A DNA stretch of 64,000 nt, taken from the NCBI GenBank assembly GCA_010909165.1, contig VJWM01000063.1, forward strand, positions 434,001 to 498,000. Direction: 5' to 3'. Origin of the DNA: Anthoceros angustus (taxonomy: Eukaryota; Plantae; Anthocerotophyta). The notes beneath the pieces were generated by a model that worked only from the letters and a program-made list of their open reading frames with translations, did no database searches and had not been told where the DNA came from. Below are positions 58,301-64,000 of the stretch, in pieces. The translations under genes were made by a program, and so were the position numbers. Positions within the stretch are counted from its first letter, which is position 1, and every line of letters starts with the position of its first letter.

Positions 58301-61300
58301 AGATTTAAGAGAGAACTCCTAACACTGCGTGAGGGCGTGGCATTTCGCATCTATTATCGAAAGCATCGACCAAAATGACCGTGGTGTCCGTTGTTACACC
58401 ATCGCCGGGCACCAATGTAAAGATTTTGTCTAAGTCTGGCCGACCAGGCGTGGCTCTAGGCCTATACCGCATACACGCGGAGTGACCCGGACTTGCAAGC
58501 AAATTTCATCCGGGATAATCACATGTTGCAACCACCGCGCAGCTTGAAAAATCTTTCGGTATCATCAATTGGCTTGGAGAAGTCCTCACAATCCACACCT
58601 ACCCATAGCTCACAATTCAACCAATGGTTGCACACGTCCATGTTTGGCACCGCTTGGGTCCCTAATCACCATAGACATCAAAATGCGTTCCTTTTGGTGG
58701 ATAGCCGTGGAAGGTTTTGGATGACCGGCACCGCCATATTGAGTTGGAGCATGATCGATGGCCCGACGGGTTGAGGTCTGTAAAATAGAGAGTCGAACGC
58801 TATCGTCGGCACCAAAATTTTCCACGCCATCAAGAGCAACCCAGTGCAGGTGTCACCATAATCCGCATCTTACCATCCCGACTTGTGTGCCCACCAAGTC
58901 ATATGAGCCATGGCGGGGCACGAAGATCCTCCTAAGGCGTTCCACCAAAGGAAGTGGAAGTATGACTTCGGGAACCTTGTGTCGGCCAACGGATGGTATC
59001 GAGGCTCGCCACAAAAGCAGTTCAATTCCATCGCAAGCGCCCCAAAACACACAACAATCCTTCACACATGCATCTATGCGGCTATAACTCGCCCACCTTC
59101 ATAAGAATGTGACTTGCAGCTTTCGTGATTGGGGTAGAGAATTTGGGCGAGGCAGAGCATCCGCTAACCACCTTGAACACATCTGATCGCACTATCTCGA
59201 TAAGTTGTCTCTCCCCGCTCACAAGGGCAAGCGTGCACGACAACCGATCCCGCCGATGCATGCCCCATCTGACAAACAAAGGTTTTGAGGCCTCCTCGCG
59301 ATTGATGCCATTGATCGGGACGGAGGATACAAAACCGCAGGCAGGGACCATTGCCCCCGCCATCTCGGGCATGGTCAATAGGTGGCTCGGTATTGAGTGT
59401 CGTGGCACGGACTCGGTGCAAAGAATGTGGACCATCTGCGACGGTTTCGTCACCCACCGGTATCGGCCCTACATTGCGACCGAGCCTCCCAACAGCCCCG
59501 AGTTGTGGATGAATATGTGGAAAAACTCCAAGGCCGTGTCGGATCTACATTTTCATCCGATCCAACAAGCGCCGCCCTTGAAGATAGTCACTTGGTCGGC
59601 GTCCTACAAGAGATTCAATGGTGTGTTAGAACGATGCATACGCTAAGCGTGCCAAGATGCAATGGTGGTAAAGATGTGATGCATCGAATTCATGGCAAAC
59701 CTCGTGCGCTATGATGTCCCAAAGGTTCGGAATGGGCGAGCGATGTACGCCCCTCACGGGATGCTCATTACCAATGCAATCGGGACATGGGCAGCGGCTC
59801 GCAATTTGCGGTTGGAGTGACCATCGGAATCCATGTTCGCCCGACTTAGTGAGGTTGTTCTGCATCTAACATTTAGACTAGAACGTCAAAGGGTTCGAGG
59901 CTAGATGGGCCGAAAGGGCCATTGCCGTGTTGCCGAGAACGGTCATCACCCGCGAATTTGGGCGACATGCTAGCCTCACGCCCGCGTTCCTTCGACTGCA
60001 TTGATTGCAAATTATAGTACCACAGGACGCCCACATAATGGAAATGCCGAAGTACCAAATGCTGATATGTGTACCTAGCCTTGAGGGTGCAAAAACCTTG
60101 GTAGGGGTTACGCCGACTGACGGCATCAAAGTGTGCAGCATCTTGAAGCTCACCAGCGCACTTGGTTACGCTACGGGTGCTTTAACAATTCATTGCCGGC
60201 CTCAGAAATCAAGTTGCAAACTGGGAATGGCCGACAAGACAGTAGCAATGTGGGATGGGCCAATGCCGCCGATGCCGCCGTTCATTCCTGCAGTTGGACA
60301 CGACCGTGACATGGACCTTGTGAGCAGCGGGTCTGCTTCGAGTCTAGTTCATCGCGCCATCACGCCGGAGCCCTCGACCGTACCATCGCCCGGAGTGAAC
60401 CCCTTGTGGCGGGAGCATGCCTCACCTCCCAGGAGAGATTACGCTGCGTACGAGGCCTCGTGGCGGATGAGGTCGAGTTCCCCGGTATGGACTCGACGGG
60501 CGGGTATTGCAAATTGCGGAGGGGAGCCATCGACCGATGGAGAAGCACTATCACATCACGCCGCCTCAGCAATGATGATGGACCACCGCCATTGCGCTCC
60601 ATCGCTGCAAGCAATGTCCAAGTGGTGGGTTGGATGTGCATCGAGGTTGGGGCAAGGCATGGTGGACCGAGCCAAGGAATTGGGCATTTGTGGTGGCATG
60701 TGGTAGAGGCACCGAGGGCGTCACACCTCTTGAACATCCCAATTGTTGCCGAGGCGGACCCCGGTGAGCAAGATGTTTTTGTCCCACTCTCAGTAAGTTT
60801 GACGTTATCGACACTGAGCCACCTTTCGGGACCCGAGGCCAAGGCATCCGGTAGGCACCGGTTGGAGACCATGCGGGTGAAGGAAGCCTACTTCAAGAAA
60901 TTGAGGCGGGAGATCCAGGACCTCAGCTCACCGTGGGGGCCAAAATTCAGGTTCGCCTGGCCCACCGTGGATCCCAAGCGTGTTGTGTGGACAGAGCCCT
61001 CGTCCACTCCATGAATTCATCGAGCGCCGCAAGATCGCCGGTCCAACCAAGATTGTGTCCATGGAGGTTGATATGCATCGGGCATCACCACCTTTTCGCA
61101 TGCCCTTCATTTACAACGATAACGAGGCCTTTGTGTGCTATTCGATTTTATGTCTAATGAGCAGATTCGAGGTGCTCGTGAGCTTGCAATGCCATCGTGA
61201 GGACGTGCTAACGCATTGGTAGCGGAAAGGTTCAGCAGTTGGCCGGCAAGACATATGCATTCATCTTTGAGCCTCGGACATTGCGGCATTGTGGTAGTGG

Positions 61301-62153
61301 ACGGCACGCACTGCATGGAGATCGAGGTTTTTTCAAGACGAATACACATGTAGAGTGCAGATGAGGCATTAGGCAATTTTGGAGATTGTGTTTTGTGAGA
61401 CGGACTTGGAAGTTTGACATGCCTAGTGATGGCTTTTTGGGCTTACTGGACATGACTGTGCAAAGAAAGCTTGGGGACTACATTTTGTGTTCACATCAAA
61501 AGTAACCCCTCATACAGACACTCATGTGTCGCGGTGGTAGATAAACGGTAAAAAAGGGATGACCAACGTCGACCTTGCTACCGGTTGTCCTTTTAGAAGT
61601 TATAGAACATCAAGCGGCTCTGCAGCCGAGTCTAGCAAACCAGGTTCAAACCACAACTCAAGACATAGTCTGCTCCTACATGCCTGGGCCAGTTGGTGGC
61701 CCTCAACCCGTTCCTATGGTGCTAGCTGGGACATGGCCTCCGGATACAAAATAACACACTTGGCCCATATGGTACATTGCCATGCCCTCCGATACTGGGT
61801 GAATACCCGGCTACTTGGCCCATGTGGCACACCGCCATGCCCTCCGGACACCGTGACATTGGCTACTTGCATGCAACACGCATGCTACACCAGAAGGGAC
61901 ATCGTACAACAACCGTGCGCTACCAACCCGCTTTGGGGTGAACGAAATTTATCCAGCTACAAAGGCGTGAACAAGATTTATCCGGCCACAAAGGCAAATG
62001 TATCACGAGGACATGTACTGCTATTATGTTTACGGTGGAGTGACGTCCAATACCATTCTCAAGTATAATCAAGTATGCTGTTATGAGTAACACCAATATC
62101 ATTTATCTTGCATACGTGATATATGGTGCTAAAGCCATATGTTTTGTAGTAGG
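52359..62153 (-). mobile_element. CACTA (En/Spm) transposon, ~9.8 kb, both ends present
   Basis: TIR CACTACTACAAAACATATGGCT (52359-52380) and AGCCATATGTTTTGTAGTAG-G (62133-62153, 1-nt deletion); 3-bp TSD AAT on both sides. Confidence 0.92.
56400..59870 (-). pseudogene. CACTA TnpD transposase (Transposase_21 / DUF4218 region), frameshifted
   Basis: RCPCPDC (transposase-associated domain); DCCVFWG; PLVERLRRIF; DVMHVEVNNAKAIWGIL; GLKSHDWHCIMQYYLPIALR; RWMYPMERYM. End coordinates approximate. Confidence 0.88.
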
Positions 62154-62239
62154 AATGGCCGGACGAAGAGTGGTCCGGGCCGAGAATGCCCGAATCAGCG
62201 TGGATGAACACCTACAAAACTCAACAAAACCAGCCCAAC

Positions 62240-64000
62240 TAACCGTTTTCGGTGAATAAGGTTGGATTTTTCCAAAACCCTTTGACAGGAGAAACCCCTT
62301 TTCGTAAAGCTATCCTACTCATGGCGGAGCCCGCTATTCTCGTGTTTGTGGATGATTTCACTAGGAAGACTCGACATATCTTATGAAGGAGAAATCCGTA
62401 TTTACACTCTTCAAGGAATGGAAAGCCATGGTGGAGAACGCAAGTGGACAACGTCAAGACTGCGAGTGACAACGGAGGTGAATACATCTCCACTTTCCAA
62501 CGCTTTGCAAGGAGCATGGAATTGAAGGCAACTAACCATCCTCACACACCGAGCAAAATGGAGTGGCGGAGCGCAAACTTAGGAGTCCGTGGAGGCTAAA
62601 TGCATGTTACATCATAGTGGCTTGAAGTACGTTTTGGGGTGAGGTCTGTTACAAAGAACCTATGTTTTGAATCGAGTTCCAACCAAAGCTATTGTTGGAA
62701 TGACCCCGAGGAAGCGTGGTCTCAAGCCCGACATAAGCCATTTGAGGATCTTTGGTTCGCTGGTTTATGCTCACGTTCAAGCAAACCCGAACAAAATGGG
62801 ATCCAAAAGGCGTGAAGTGCCTTATGCTTGGATACTCTCGAGATTAAGGGCTACCGGCCATGTTGATCTTTCAAGGAAGAAGATCATTTTTAGTGGGTTG
62901 TATTTAATGAGGTTGTGGAACCCATCAAAGGAGTGGGAGCTCCAACCCCATTATCATGAAGGATCCGACGGCGTTGACGACAATGATGAGGATTCTATAT
63001 GATGACACTCTTGAGCAACCCGCCCCGAGCCCAACGAACCTTCTCAACAATGCGACATAGAGGGGGAGAAAGGGAAATTCGATGTCGCGATTGGAGAAGT
63101 AGATGAAGATCAAAGCATTGTCAATTGACGAAGAAGAGGAAGCTCAAGTATTCGAGAGAGACAACCAATCTTGAGAAGATCAACGAGACAATGGAAACCT
63201 TCTAAGATCTTGGAATCCATGAATGCGTGTGTATGAGGAGGCATGGTTGGCGATGTCACAACCACAAAGCCTAAGGAAGCATTGGAAGGACCAAAGGCAA
63301 AGGAGTGGAAAGAAGCCGTGGACAAGTGAGTATAACTCTCTTCTCAAGAACAAAACTTGGGCAATCACTCCTCTACCTCACGGAAGGAAGAGCATAGGAT
63401 CAAAGTGGACATTCAAGATTAAGCGCAAGGTGATGGAAGCATAGAGCGCACAAGGCTGGTGGGAAAGGATATACACAAGTCCTGTGTGGATTATCGATAC
63501 CTTCTCCCCGCCGCTAAGATAGCATCTATCCGAGCTCTCCTAGCTATCGCAGCCGACATGGAGATACATCATATGGATGTTCGCCTGCCCTCGAATGGAG
63601 ATCTCGGATGAAGAGATCTACATGGACCACCGAGGATGTAAAATGTGGACGCGAGGGAGAGGTATGTAGGCTACTAAAGGATCGACAGCATGGATTTTGT
63701 GGTTGGATTTGCGATTGATGGGCTGGAGATGTCGATGGCCGCCCGCCTGGATATGTGCTATGCTATTTGGGGAGCCATTTCATGGAGTAGTAGGCCGACC
63801 CTCAGCTTTATCCTCTGAAGCGGAGTACATGGCAATATCTCTGTAATGCAACAATGCTAATATGGCTACACACGATTGCTCGAAGAAATGGGATTTAAGG
63901 AAGGTGCAACAACCATCTTCAACGACAATCAAGGTTGCATTTATTTAGCAAAGAATGCTACTTTCCACGCGAGGACGAAACACATTAAAGTAAAGCATCA
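62240..64000 (+). mobile_element. Ty1/copia pol fragment (integrase-RT-RNase H), runs off the window
   Basis: FVDDFTRK; QNGVAERK; RVPTKAIVGMTP; HLRIFGSLVYAHV; EYNSLLKNKTWAITPLPHGRKSIGSKWTFKIK; HHMDV; final FHARTKHIKVKH. A large deletion removes most of the RT C-terminal half near 63680. Confidence 0.9.

Noticed and set aside
59125-59714. Plus-strand 173-aa and 105-aa ORFs inside the CACTA element
   Set aside because: The opposite strand carries clear TnpD motifs (CPCPDC, DCCVFWG), so these are antisense shadows.
18184-64000. Using frameshift density or LTR differences to date elements
   Set aside because: Many differences are 1-nt indels typical of consensus error; polishing is needed first.

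Overview
Eukaryotic nuclear DNA, most likely from a seed-free land plant (inference: a flagellar DLEC1 gene with short introns plus land-plant-type MOT1, mitochondrial phosphate carrier and GNA lectin genes). Many single-base indels in repeats suggest a noisy long-read consensus, so frameshifts are not reliable evidence of decay. Bases 1-17.3 kb are genic: a 5'-partial 12-exon DLEC1/CFAP81 gene, an intronless mitochondrial phosphate carrier, an orphan GC-rich 414-aa ORF and a molybdate transporter. The transporter lies between the arms of a >1 kb inverted duplication of a GNA-type lectin locus. Bases 18.2-64 kb are a nested transposon stack: three Ty1/copia elements (two with TG...TA ends and microhomology-bounded internal tandem duplications), two Sola-like transposase copies with a BAH-like C-terminus, and a complete-ended 9.8 kb CACTA element. 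The highlight is a Ty3/gypsy element carrying a degenerate C5-cytosine DNA methyltransferase between protease and RT, with a 5S rRNA-like Pol III promoter segment in its leader.
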